64,000 bases of DNA from the NCBI GenBank assembly GCA_009729775.1, contig GCA_009729775.1_4081.1; one strand, written 5' to 3'. The position numbers were made by a program, and so were the translations under genes. Numbering within the stretch: position 1 is the stretch's first letter; the number at the start of each line of letters is the position of its first letter. Below are positions 48,160 through 56,135 of this stretch, piece by piece. This DNA is from Escherichia coli (GTDB lineage Bacteria > Pseudomonadota > Gammaproteobacteria > Enterobacterales > Enterobacteriaceae). The notes beneath the pieces are model-generated. The model saw only the letters and a list, made by a program, of their open reading frames with translations. It was not told where the DNA came from and made no database searches.

Positions 48160-48266
48160 TTTCTTATTCCTTAGTTACCAGGGGAACCGCTCCCCTATGC
48201 AAAACATTATACGCGTTTAAAAACTATTGTCTAGTATTTTAATAAAAAGTATTTGAAAAATAGTTG

Positions 48267-48396
48267 TTGACAAGTGCATCCAGTACTGGCATAATACTTA
48301 CATAAAGACGAGATAGTCACTAACCCACAGGGTGCATAGATCCGTCTATTAAATGATTCAGTACTGCAAAATAAAGGGGATCAATTGATCCCCTCT
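48267..48396 (+). ncRNA. candidate small RNA unit: plus-strand promoter (TTGACA-17-CATAAT), conserved CCCACAGGGTGCAT core, hairpin
   Basis: promoter at 48267-48295, no ORF, ends at palindromic hairpin; core shared with other copies. Confidence 0.25.
48365..48396. terminator. palindromic hairpin, possible bidirectional terminator
   Basis: GGGGATC-aatt-GATCCCC with T-rich flanks on both sides. Confidence 0.4.
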
Positions 48397-48399
48397 GTA

Positions 48400-48621
48400 T
48401 TACTTAGTAAGGTATAAACAGAAGTCACCTTTATTTGCTACGCCGCCAGTGTAACGCGATGAATAGTTAGAAACGTCCTGGACTTCTGCTATTACCAGTG
48501 TATCATCATTCAATTCGTCGCAGAAGCAAACGGCTGGATCTTTTACGCCGATATTGTCGGCATGTTCCCGCATAGATTTAACCAGTGCTTCAAGTTGGGA
48601 AAGAGTAGTGATATTAGCCAT
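48400..48621 (-). CDS. hypothetical protein
   Basis: start at MANITTLSQ; track MVLP extension is hairpin. Confidence 0.5.
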   Translation of the reverse strand: MANITTLSQLEALVKSMREHADNIGVKDPAVCFCDELNDDTLVIAEVQDVSNYSSRYTGGVANKGDFCLYLTK

Positions 48622-48708
48622 TTTATTTTCCTCATTACCAGGGAGAACCATTTTCTCCCCTCTATGTAAACCATTATACAGTACTAAAAACTAATTGCAA
48701 GTACTTTT

Positions 48709-48912
48709 TTAATTTAATTGCTTTAAAACATACTCAAAGACACCACGCACATCATTGATCATCGCCTGGCGGTTAGCAGGTAACGCATCAGGATCGCCAC
48801 TATCCCAGGCATTGATAAAACTCCCCAAATCATGATAGATTTTATTCTGTAAGCCGATCAACTGCAATTCTTTTTCTTCAAGCTCTTTGATACGTTCAAT
48901 TAAATCACTCAT
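48709..48912 (-). CDS. hypothetical protein
   Basis: start probably at MSDLIERIKE. Confidence 0.5.
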   Translation of the reverse strand: MSDLIERIKELEEKELQLIGLQNKIYHDLGSFINAWDSGDPDALPANRQAMINDVRGVFEYVLKQLN

Positions 48913-48929
48913 TATATAATCCTTAGTAC

Positions 48930-49211
48930 TTAATTGTAAGATCCGCAACGGTCGCAGTAGTGCCCCTCGTCATCGTCAACGAATTGACCAACGAAATTAT
49001 CTACTTTCGCTTTCAGGTTATTATAATCGTTTTCTACTTCCTTTAAACGCTTCTGGTAGTATTCCAGTGCTTTAAGATATGCCGCATCAGTAGTTTTCTC
49101 CTGCATAGCTAAATTCATGCCACGCGTTTCATCATAAAGCCAATAACCATCAGTACATTGGCTAATAGACAATGACTTGCTTAACACTGTATAGTTAATT
49201 ACTTTGCTCAT
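48930..49211 (-). CDS. hypothetical protein
   Basis: start probably at MSKVINYTV; C-terminal CDRC pair. Confidence 0.5.
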   Translation of the reverse strand: MSKVINYTVLSKSLSISQCTDGYWLYDETRGMNLAMQEKTTDAAYLKALEYYQKRLKEVENDYNNLKAKVDNFVGQFVDDDEGHYCDRCGSYN

Positions 49212-49301
49212 TAGATAACCCTCAGTAAAGGCGGGAACCACTCCCCGCCTCGATATAAAGTATTATACGCTTTTAAACTTAGTATGCAAGTACTTTTTAA
49301 A

Positions 49302-49913
49302 TTAATATGCGATAGATTCTACTACATCGTCGATAACGTTAAATTGATATTCGTTACCCTCAATCAGTCCTACAATGTTTTCAGTAGTAAACTGGTCTTC
49401 ATAAGCATTTTCTAAATCACGGTACAGCTTACAAGATAATTCTCGGATAGTATCAGTCAGTAAGTTTTCCAGATCCTCAGCTAATGCAGCCTGTTTTACA
49501 GTTAAATCAGTGTAGCGAGTATCAACGCAACCGCCTACCGTGTTTTCGTGAGCGTAGCGTGATTGGGAACGTTCTACACTCATTTCCAAATCATCTTCGT
49601 TCAACAGGTGACGGATGGAACGATATTTCGTTAACGCCTTAACCTTGCGTAAAAACTTCTCAGCGTCAACGTGGTCAGTACTGATTGATGCACCGTCACC
49701 TTGCGACCAAAAACCACTGTATTGCAATTCAGCTTCATCTATGCCGTATTCTGGCAGTACTGTTTCTTTATAGTATTCCAGTACTGATTCAGCAAAGAAA
49801 TTATCCTCACTTGCACGTTCCCGATCCCGAACCAGTTCGATAGCCGCCGCTTGTTGTTCTGCGTTCAGTTCAGAAAAATCCATAACGAAAGTAGTAGTAG
49901 TGATAGTTTTCAT
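49302..49913 (-). CDS. hypothetical acidic protein
   Basis: 203 aa ORF; promoter TTGACA-16-TATAAT upstream. Confidence 0.6.
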   Translation of the reverse strand: MKTITTTTFVMDFSELNAEQQAAAIELVRDRERASEDNFFAESVLEYYKETVLPEYGIDEAELQYSGFWSQGDGASISTDHVDAEKFLRKVKALTKYRSIRHLLNEDDLEMSVERSQSRYAHENTVGGCVDTRYTDLTVKQAALAEDLENLLTDTIRELSCKLYRDLENAYEDQFTTENIVGLIEGNEYQFNVIDDVVESIAY

Positions 49914-50109
49914 TTTGTAACCCTCATTCAGTAGTTGATGTAAGTATTATACGCTTTTAAAAACAATTGTCAAACTATTTTATCAGGGGAGTTTTTCGTG
50001 TGCCTTACTCCTGGGCTACTTAACGGGAAGTTACTTATTTCGTTCCCCGTCCTGATGTAAAACATTATACGCCTTTAAACATAGTTTGCAAGTACTTTTT
50101 GAAAATAGT

Positions 50110-50200
50110 TTTTATCTCTTTCATATAGATACATTCCCGCACCCTATGGGCTATCGCCTTGTGTCCGGCTTGTAAGTATTATCTCACTAAGCCGGATAAC
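50110..50200. repeat. variant element with GCACCCTATGGGCTA core and CCGGCTT...AAGCCGG hairpin
   Basis: similar to 42120-42200. Confidence 0.4.
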
Positions 50201-50212
50201 GGTCAAGTACTT

Positions 50213-50479
50213 TTATTCAAGTACTGCAATCTTTTTAGTACTGTATACAGTAACGCGGTTGCCCTTTCGGTCGTGCTTTATTTCTACCACTCGACGCGAT
50301 ACACTATCAGGACTTTTTAAAACCGATCTCCAGTACTGAATTGATCGGGCTGTACTTTGCTTTACTACGGCCCAACGTTTACCACGTTCAGAATGTACGC
50401 CCATATCTTTAAACGTCGCCCCGTCCTGGCGTGCGGCAATCCGAGCAAGTTCACGCGTTGCAAAGTATATAATATTCAT
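50213..50479 (-). CDS. hypothetical protein, paralog of 38022..38417
   Basis: start at MNIIYFATREL; shared FATRE..FKDMG..HDRKGNRVTVYS. Confidence 0.6.
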   Translation of the reverse strand: MNIIYFATRELARIAARQDGATFKDMGVHSERGKRWAVVKQSTARSIQYWRSVLKSPDSVSRRVVEIKHDRKGNRVTVYSTKKIAVLE

Positions 50480-50561
50480 GCTGTTACCCCTATCGTTGTT
50501 GTATAAAAGAAATCTATTATAAAGTACTATCACCGTGCAATAGTACTTTTAATCTATTCTC

Positions 50562-50801
50562 TTACATTCCAACCATCGCCGCACGGATCGCAGTAGTGCT
50601 ATACTTAAAGCCGTCCGGTGTTTTATCTTGTCCAGTCTGTTCTAAAAATAGCATCATATGACGGGCCGCATCATTACGATTAGTGTTAGCGGCAATAAAG
50701 TCCTGGGCCAACCGGTATAATGATTCGTCGTTATTAATCCAAAGGCTTACATTCCATTGAGTTTTGTTTTTGTGACCTAAGAACATTTTTGATTTAGCCA
50801 T
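50562..50801 (-). CDS. hypothetical protein
   Basis: start at MAKSKMFLG; track extension covers hairpin. Confidence 0.5.
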   Translation of the reverse strand: MAKSKMFLGHKNKTQWNVSLWINNDESLYRLAQDFIAANTNRNDAARHMMLFLEQTGQDKTPDGFKYSTTAIRAAMVGM

Positions 50802-50814
50802 TTTTTTAATCCTC

Positions 50815-50885
50815 TTATATAGTGGGGAACTATTCCCCACCTGATGTAAAACATTATACGCTTTTAAACTTAGTTTGCAAGTACT
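50815..50885 (-). promoter_or_regulatory. early promoter cassette (TTGCAA-16-TATAAT) and hairpin GGGGAA-tagt-TCCCC
   Basis: reverse complement of intergenic region. Confidence 0.55.
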
Positions 50886-50894
50886 TTATTAAAC

Positions 50895-51257
50895 TTATTC
50901 GTAAATCTTTCCACTATCAGCCCATACCAGGAAACGAGGCATATTATCCCATGCATCTTGTTTTAAATTTAAACCGTGTAATACTTCTGTACTTTCCATT
51001 CCTGGTACTGGTTTACTATACACCGCGAACATTTCGCCCATGTACTGATAAGCCATCGTTAAATCACTGGCGATCATCTTATGAATCATCGCATCAAGCA
51101 TCACGGTAGCGGCGTATTGTTCACGCTTAAGCGGTAACATTGCAATAAGTTCCCGATAAGCTGAAATGTGAATTTTTACCGTTTCAGCCGGAAGATCTTT
51201 CATCTCTTCACGGAAGTTAACCAGGTTAGCAATAATTTTAGTGATTTGAGTAGCCAT
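50895..51257 (-). CDS. hypothetical protein
   Basis: start at MATQITKII. Confidence 0.55.
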   Translation of the reverse strand: MATQITKIIANLVNFREEMKDLPAETVKIHISAYRELIAMLPLKREQYAATVMLDAMIHKMIASDLTMAYQYMGEMFAVYSKPVPGMESTEVLHGLNLKQDAWDNMPRFLVWADSGKIYE

Positions 51258-51280
51258 CGTTTTAATCTCTCTTAAAGTGT

Positions 51281-51345
51281 AGCGGGAAGTGTTCCCGCTC
51301 TCGATGTAAAACATTATACGCCTATCGGGATAGTATGCAAGTACT
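51281..51345 (-). promoter_or_regulatory. early promoter cassette and hairpin GCGGGAA-gtg-TTCCCGC
   Basis: reverse complement of intergenic region. Confidence 0.5.
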
Positions 51346-51563
51346 TTCTACTAATACTTTTAAAATAGTTTTCTTTCTATATAGGAGTACTATCATTCAG
51401 TACTGAATCAACCAAATCACTACTATACCCCATAAAACGGCCTCAGCCGCTTTCTAACGCATTAATACACCTAAGCTATACATTTGCACCGCCACCAGCT
51501 AACCAGGGCTTTATAGGCCGTTTAAGGGCGTTAAATTATTTTCAATTATTTTGTTTTTAGCTA

Positions 51564-51700
51564 TTGACTCAGTACAAAAAAAGCGTATAATTACTACATA
51601 GACGCGAGAAAGCGGATACCCCAGGGGGTGGGAAGATCCGTCCAAAATTCATATAATTTAAAAAGGATACACTCCCGCACCTTAGCAGGTCATAGCACTT
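51564..51700 (+). ncRNA. candidate small RNA unit driven by TTGACT-16-TATAAT
   Basis: promoter 51564-51591 in non-coding region; downstream GACGCGAGAAAGCGG...GATCCGTC element related to 48300 copy. Confidence 0.2.
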
Positions 51701-51778
51701 TCTCAGTACTGAATCATAGTACCATAGTACGCCCCTGGATGGCAAGCAAATTAATTAAAACTTTTTACATCCAGGGTA

Positions 51779-51870
51779 TTGCTTTATTTTTCCAGTACTG
51801 TATAATAGTTTCATCAAGTCGAGAAAGACTCAAGCCCACCGGGTGCATAGTTGTATCTAAAATTCAGTAC
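51779..51870 (+). ncRNA. candidate small RNA unit driven by TTGCTT-16-TATAAT
   Basis: promoter 51779-51806; downstream GTCGAGAAAGACTCAAGCCCACCGGGTGCATAG element. Confidence 0.2.
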
Positions 51871-52029
51871 TGAATTATTTTTTAAAAATATCCATCCAGG
51901 CGGTTGACATATCCATCAAAAAGATAGATAATGATTCCAGATTCAGAAAAATCTAACTCCAGATACTGCGGGGAAACCATCCCCACGCGGTAGGGGAACT
52001 ATTGGAAAAAACAAAATAAAAATTTTGAT

Positions 52030-52150
52030 TTAGCCGTCTGTACTTCCAGACGTGTAACCATCTAGCCGTTTAGCCGTCCAAACGTCTAGCCATCCAGCCG
52101 CCTAGAGGGATAGCCATCTTTACTTCCAGACTTCTGGAGGGCTAGACATA
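52030..52150. repeat. iteron-like short direct repeats (AGCCGTC / AGCCATC / ACTTCCAGAC)
   Basis: at least 7 copies of AGCC[GA]T[CT] within 120 bp, non-coding. Confidence 0.5.
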
Positions 52151-52742
52151 TCTACGTCCAAAATCCACCCAGGGTAACTACGCCCAAAATCCGTCAGTAC
52201 TATACTATAGATCTATCTTTTGAAAGGGAGTATTCAGTACTGCCACAATAGCCCTCACTGTTACTGTAGGAGGATGAAGACTATCATGTAGTACTGAATA
52301 CTGTTAGAGGGAATCCACCAGCTTGTGCTGGTGGCATAATGCATTAGATTAAAATCAGTACTGACACCATTCTGTTAATATCAGTACTGTTTATATTACG
52401 AAAAAAGAGGTTATAAAAAGATGTACCACCCATAGGAGGAACTATCCTTTCAGTACTGTCTCACGACAGGAGGTAGAGTGAATGAATTGTTTGCGGCAAC
52501 TCATCTCTCTATGTAGAACATTATACAGTACTGAATCATAATGTCAATAGCTTTCTTTCATTATTCAGTACTGAAATCGTATAATCTGTATCGCTACAAA
52601 ACTCATTATATCCCACAAATCCTATATGTCCCAACGTAAATTTCAACTTTCGAAGATCCAACTTTTATTTCATAGGTACTCCAAATTTTTTACGATCCAG
52701 ATTTAGGATGGAGTACTAACCAACTTTTTGCTGGAGCCTCAA

Positions 52743-52790
52743 GGGGTAATTGAATTTTACCCCGAATGGTAAAGGGGTAATTGAAATTAA
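52743..52790. repeat. GGGGTAATTGAA direct repeat x2, first copy part of a palindrome
   Basis: GGGGTAAttgaattTTACCCC then aaaGGGGTAATTGAAA. Confidence 0.45.
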
Positions 52791-52820
52791 GGTGAAAGTA
52801 ATAATTCAGTACTAATCATT

Positions 52821-53052
52821 GCGTGATTACTTTTGATTACATTTGATGTAATTTGCAAAATGGAAAAGGAGCTTGGAAACTACAAAGTACGGCAGACTTC
52901 CTCTGCCTACTTAGTGGCATATCAGTACTGCTACGTTCTTGATTAAACGTGAACATTCCTGTACTCTAGTACTCACTACTGATCACTACAGTGATTATAA
53001 ATGATTACTTAAATGTTTATATATGATTACTTATGACTACCTATGATTACGG
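52821..53052. repeat. TGATTAC phased direct repeats (two clusters)
   Basis: TGATTAC x2 plus inverted GTAATC at 52821-52850; 5 copies of TGATTA[CT]/TGACTAC at roughly 10-bp spacing in 52990-53052. Confidence 0.5.
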
Positions 53053-53164
53053 GGTTTAGCCTGGGGAGAATCCTAGTGATCGCATTTGTCCAGGCTGAAT
53101 TTTAACAATTCGCCTGTACATAAAGGTTGTTCACTAGGAGCTTCCCCTGTCTACTTGTGTTTAA

Positions 53165-53356
53165 TTACTTCCTATATATAAGCATTAAGATATAGTAGTA
53201 CTGATTATACTGTACATTCTCTTTAATATTATAAGGGTCTATCGCAATCTCGGTACATCTGTTAAATGCATATCTATTAAATGCCAGTGGAATTATAGAT
53301 CTAATCCATACTTGTTCATTTTCTTTTAGTTTACTTATATAGAAGTTTTTATACAT
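53165..53356 (-). CDS. family D small protein
   Basis: 63 aa; C-terminal YYYILMLIYRK. Confidence 0.55.
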   Translation of the reverse strand: MYKNFYISKLKENEQVWIRSIIPLAFNRYAFNRCTEIAIDPYNIKENVQYNQYYYILMLIYRK

Positions 53357-53371
53357 AGTATTCTCTATTAA

Positions 53372-53599
53372 TTAATATGATAGTACTAGTGTTAGTACTG
53401 AGCACAATTGTTCTTTATAGTTCTTAGGGTATATAGAATCTTTTATGCACTCATTGAAGTGCCATAGGTATAATCTTGGGTCGCATTCTTTATATATTCT
53501 TACGGGGACGAATGTTAGTTTTCGTATATAGAATTCTTTATGTTCTTTATTCATATTAGTACCTGAATATAAGTAGGATAGTGTTATATAGCTGGTCAT
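53372..53599 (-). CDS. family D small protein
   Basis: likely start at MNKEHKEFY; C-terminal LCSVLTLVLSY. Confidence 0.55.
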   Translation of the reverse strand: MTSYITLSYLYSGTNMNKEHKEFYIRKLTFVPVRIYKECDPRLYLWHFNECIKDSIYPKNYKEQLCSVLTLVLSY

Positions 53600-53744
53600 A
53601 TGTACTACTATTTTCTATACTTCGTTCTATGCAGTTATTGAATCCCAGTACTGCCAAATCGTTATCCAGGGGGACTTTGTATCTGGCGTAGTGTTCAAAA
53701 ATGCTGGGGAGAAATTGTTTGTAGTATTCTTTGTGGTTATTCAT
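53556..53744 (-). CDS. family D small protein
   Basis: MNNHKEYY...NNCIERSI...LYNTILLIFRY. Confidence 0.6.
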   Translation of the reverse strand: MNNHKEYYKQFLPSIFEHYARYKVPLDNDLAVLGFNNCIERSIENSSTYDQLYNTILLIFRY

Positions 53745-53745
53745 A

Positions 53746-53991
53746 TTAGTACCTGAATGTTAGCATTACTACGTAGTACAGCATATATGGATTATCATCG
53801 TATATGAGCGTGTACTTAGTACATTGTTGGAACATTATCTTTGCGTGATCTTTTATTCCTATTGGTTCTGTTGGTATATGGTGCTGGAGATGCATAGGGA
53901 TTTTATCCCTGTAGTATTCTTTATGCATAGTTTGTAATATACGTAATGAGGTGATGCATTTTCTTATTAGTACTGATAAGTTCCTGTACAT
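53746..53991 (-). CDS. family D small protein
   Basis: likely start at MHKEYYRDK; C-terminal YVVMLTFRY. Confidence 0.55.
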   Translation of the reverse strand: MYRNLSVLIRKCITSLRILQTMHKEYYRDKIPMHLQHHIPTEPIGIKDHAKIMFQQCTKYTLIYDDNPYMLYYVVMLTFRY

Positions 53992-54580
53992 GTTTTGTTA
54001 GTTTGTACGCGTTTTTATAGAGTCCTGGATTATCGATTACAGTACTGTACATGAATTCTTCTTCTGGTGTTAATTCTTTGTTTTGTAGTTCTTTTAGGAA
54101 TTGCAGTACTGTATCAGTTTCGTTAGTACGTTGCTTTTGGAAGAAGTGCATGTTATCGTGTATTTTTTCTGAACCCATGCAGTACATATCGCCGATTTGG
54201 AATTGTGCAGTACTGATATCATGGGTGCTATTACAATTCCCGAAGAAGTATACATTCCCGAAAGATAGAATTATAGTGCACGGGATATTATCCATGTGTA
54301 TATAGATAGATGCATTCTTTAGTGCTTTTGTGCTGGTATTAGTACTCAATACTTTTAAATCAGTATTATAGATATTAATAAAAGCAAGAGCTATATTATT
54401 TTTCTTCAAGTACGATTTGAGGTTCTTAGATACGAGAACATTTCTGGATTTTTTCTTTTTATTTCGTTTCTTTAGTACATTTGGGTGATACATATATGCA
54501 GATGTAATAGATTCTGCTTGAATACTGTTGAGGTACTTAAAGTGCTTAAGGTATTGTTTGCTGTGTGCATTAAGTTTCAT
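53921..54580 (-). CDS. hypothetical protein with family A-like core
   Basis: 219 aa; EEEFMYSTVI resembles family A core with M in place of Q. Confidence 0.55.
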   Translation of the reverse strand: MKLNAHSKQYLKHFKYLNSIQAESITSAYMYHPNVLKKRNKKKKSRNVLVSKNLKSYLKKNNIALAFINIYNTDLKVLSTNTSTKALKNASIYIHMDNIPCTIILSFGNVYFFGNCNSTHDISTAQFQIGDMYCMGSEKIHDNMHFFQKQRTNETDTVLQFLKELQNKELTPEEEFMYSTVIDNPGLYKNAYKLTKHVQELISTNKKMHHLITYITNYA

Positions 54581-54593
54581 TTGGTTTCCTTTA

Positions 54594-54773
54594 TACAGAT
54601 GCCAGGGCGAGGATTTCCCTGTAGGGATTATCTTGTGTTAGTACAGCATAAATGCAGCTATTGAGATTAATATTTTTAGTACTTTTTGTTCCTAGGTTGT
54701 AGTACTTCACGAAGGTGTCGTACATGAAACGGTCGTTAATGCTTATTCTTTCTATATAGTATTCTTGCATAGT
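54594..54773 (-). CDS. family D-like small protein (below track cutoff)
   Basis: 59 aa ORF MQEYYIERIS...NSCIYAVL. Confidence 0.35.
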
Positions 54774-54778
54774 GTACC

Positions 54779-54961
54779 TTAAATAGCGATTAGTTTCATT
54801 ACTTCTCTGTATGTATACTTTTCGTTTTGTGCATCTCTTGTGACGACATATAGGAAGGTGTGTTTATCTTTTTTGTTCCCGCAATTGTAGAAAATATTGA
54901 ACTTATTGAAGTTGAATCTTTCGGCGTGTTGTAGTTTAGTTAAATAGAATTCTATGTTCAT
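54779..54961 (-). CDS. family D small protein
   Basis: MNIEFYLTKL...YREVMKLIAI. Confidence 0.55.
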   Translation of the reverse strand: MNIEFYLTKLQHAERFNFNKFNIFYNCGNKKDKHTFLYVVTRDAQNEKYTYREVMKLIAI

Positions 54962-54969
54962 TTTATTCC

Positions 54970-55155
54970 TTACATTTCAATAAGTTTCAGTACTGCTCGG
55001 TACGTGTACTTAGTTGTCAGTGCTTCTTTAATAGAAATACAGAAGTAATGTTGTTTGTCTCTTATACTGCCGCGTTTGTAGTACCACACATGGGAGTTGT
55101 GACTGTACTTGTCTCTGTCGGATAGTTGTTGGTAGTAGTAGCTTATATGATTCAT
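54970..55155 (-). CDS. family D small protein
   Basis: MNHISYYYQQL...YRAVLKLIEM. Confidence 0.55.
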   Translation of the reverse strand: MNHISYYYQQLSDRDKYSHNSHVWYYKRGSIRDKQHYFCISIKEALTTKYTYRAVLKLIEM

Positions 55156-55207
55156 TGTAATGCAATTATCCTTACTATATTAAAGTACTCGATCCTTGGT
55201 GTACTTT

Positions 55208-55402
55208 TTAGAACTTAAAGATGAGGTTCAGGATAGAGCGGTACTTAGTTGCAGGGAACGTATGTTCTATTGCATCACGTGTCTCCATCCTGAAATCGTA
55301 ATTGTAATATAGATTATTCTTTCTCATAGGTCGTGCTAAAGAGAATGATAGCTGTTCTTGCTTGTGTAGTTTACTACAATAGAAATCTTTATGATTATTC
55401 AT
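55208..55402 (-). CDS. family D small protein
   Basis: MNNHKDFYCSKL...YRSILNLIFKF. Confidence 0.6.
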   Translation of the reverse strand: MNNHKDFYCSKLHKQEQLSFSLARPMRKNNLYYNYDFRMETRDAIEHTFPATKYRSILNLIFKF

Positions 55403-55604
55403 AGAAGTAGATTAGTCCTATTAAACCTGAGTACATAATATTTTTGTTATTGCATTCGATTGCTTCTAGAGTACTACGTATACAATTATTAAAGCAATCT
55501 CTACCGAAGTGAGTATTGGTACTTACAGGTGATACACTCCTTAGAAACAATTGTTCTTCGTTGCTAAGGTATTTGGTGTAGAATTCTTTATGTTCAGTAT
55601 TCAT
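55395..55604 (-). CDS. family D small protein
   Basis: MNTEHKEFYTKYL...NNCIRSTL...LIGLIYFYE. Confidence 0.6.
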   Translation of the reverse strand: MNTEHKEFYTKYLSNEEQLFLRSVSPVSTNTHFGRDCFNNCIRSTLEAIECNNKNIMYSGLIGLIYFYE

Positions 55605-55605
55605 A

Positions 55606-55809
55606 TTAGTGCTCGATTAATAGGGTCAGGATATAATAGTATTGCATACTTTCTGCCCCTTGTAAAGCATTTCTTATTTTATTATTCCTGTACGAGTTCA
55701 GGAGTTTAGGACAACGTTTGTAGTCTATAAAAGTATTTTGTGTATACAGTAGGCTTTCTCGTAGACCTTTTGTTGGTAGTGCATCGATGTAGTACTGTTC
55801 AATGTTCAT
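55606..55809 (-). CDS. family D small protein
   Basis: MNIEQYYIDAL...YYYILTLLIEH. Confidence 0.55.
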   Translation of the reverse strand: MNIEQYYIDALPTKGLRESLLYTQNTFIDYKRCPKLLNSYRNNKIRNALQGAESMQYYYILTLLIEH

Positions 55810-56033
55810 ATAGATAGCAGTACTAAGATTTTTGATAATTGTTTATTGCTATCCCCGCAGATGTTGCTGTGTAAAATACTCACAATGAGGGTATCAATTG
55901 CATTGTTCATCATAAGGGTGCATCCTGGACTATTATAATTTTTTAGCTCAATTAGCCACGAACTATCCGCGAGAAATTCCCCGTACTCTAGTTCATTTAG
56001 AGTATTGAGGTAGTACTTAAGAGTATTTGTCAT
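55806..56033 (-). CDS. family D small protein (first gene of operon)
   Basis: MTNTLKYYLNTL...; promoter TTGACA-17-TACTAT and GGAG RBS upstream. Confidence 0.55.
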   Translation of the reverse strand: MTNTLKYYLNTLNELEYGEFLADSSWLIELKNYNSPGCTLMMNNAIDTLIVSILHSNICGDSNKQLSKILVLLSI

Positions 56034-56135
56034 GTGTAGTTCTCCTTATATTCCTTCTATAGTACACCAGTACTGAAAGGATGTCAAGGGTTTTCTTTAT
56101 GGGGTAAATATGATATAATGAATAAGGAGGGATTT
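56034..56135. promoter_or_regulatory. divergent promoter region
   Basis: minus-strand TTGACA-17-TACTAT for family D operon; plus-strand TATAAT and AAGGAGG RBS for first RCC1-like gene. Confidence 0.45.

Noticed and set aside
33518-48651. N-terminal extensions beginning MVLP (track ORFs 33518..33952, 36066..36320, 44140..44322, 48400..48651) and similar extensions such as MHRGRYPPP and MGNSSPLY
   Set aside because: These residues are the translation of the conserved 5' leader hairpin (for example GGGAGAACCAT read on the minus strand). The real starts are the downstream Met codons that follow an RBS.
49302-49913. Anti-restriction protein (ArdA-like), from the acidic composition
   Set aside because: Overall acidity is the only basis and no specific motif was recognised. 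It is left as a hypothetical acidic protein.
402-51109. Plus-strand ORFs of 60-150 aa in the track inside the minus-strand arrays (for example 402..641, 8528..8767, 16343..16795, 40499..40879, 44539..44790, 46813..47058, 50822..51109)
   Set aside because: They overlap conserved minus-strand paralogs antisense, have no RBS or promoter, and show no paralogy. They are antisense artefacts in AT-rich DNA.
51300-53160. tRNA genes in the non-coding region
   Set aside because: No cloverleaf-compatible sequence with a GTTCRANYC T-loop was seen by eye. A tRNA scan should be run to confirm.
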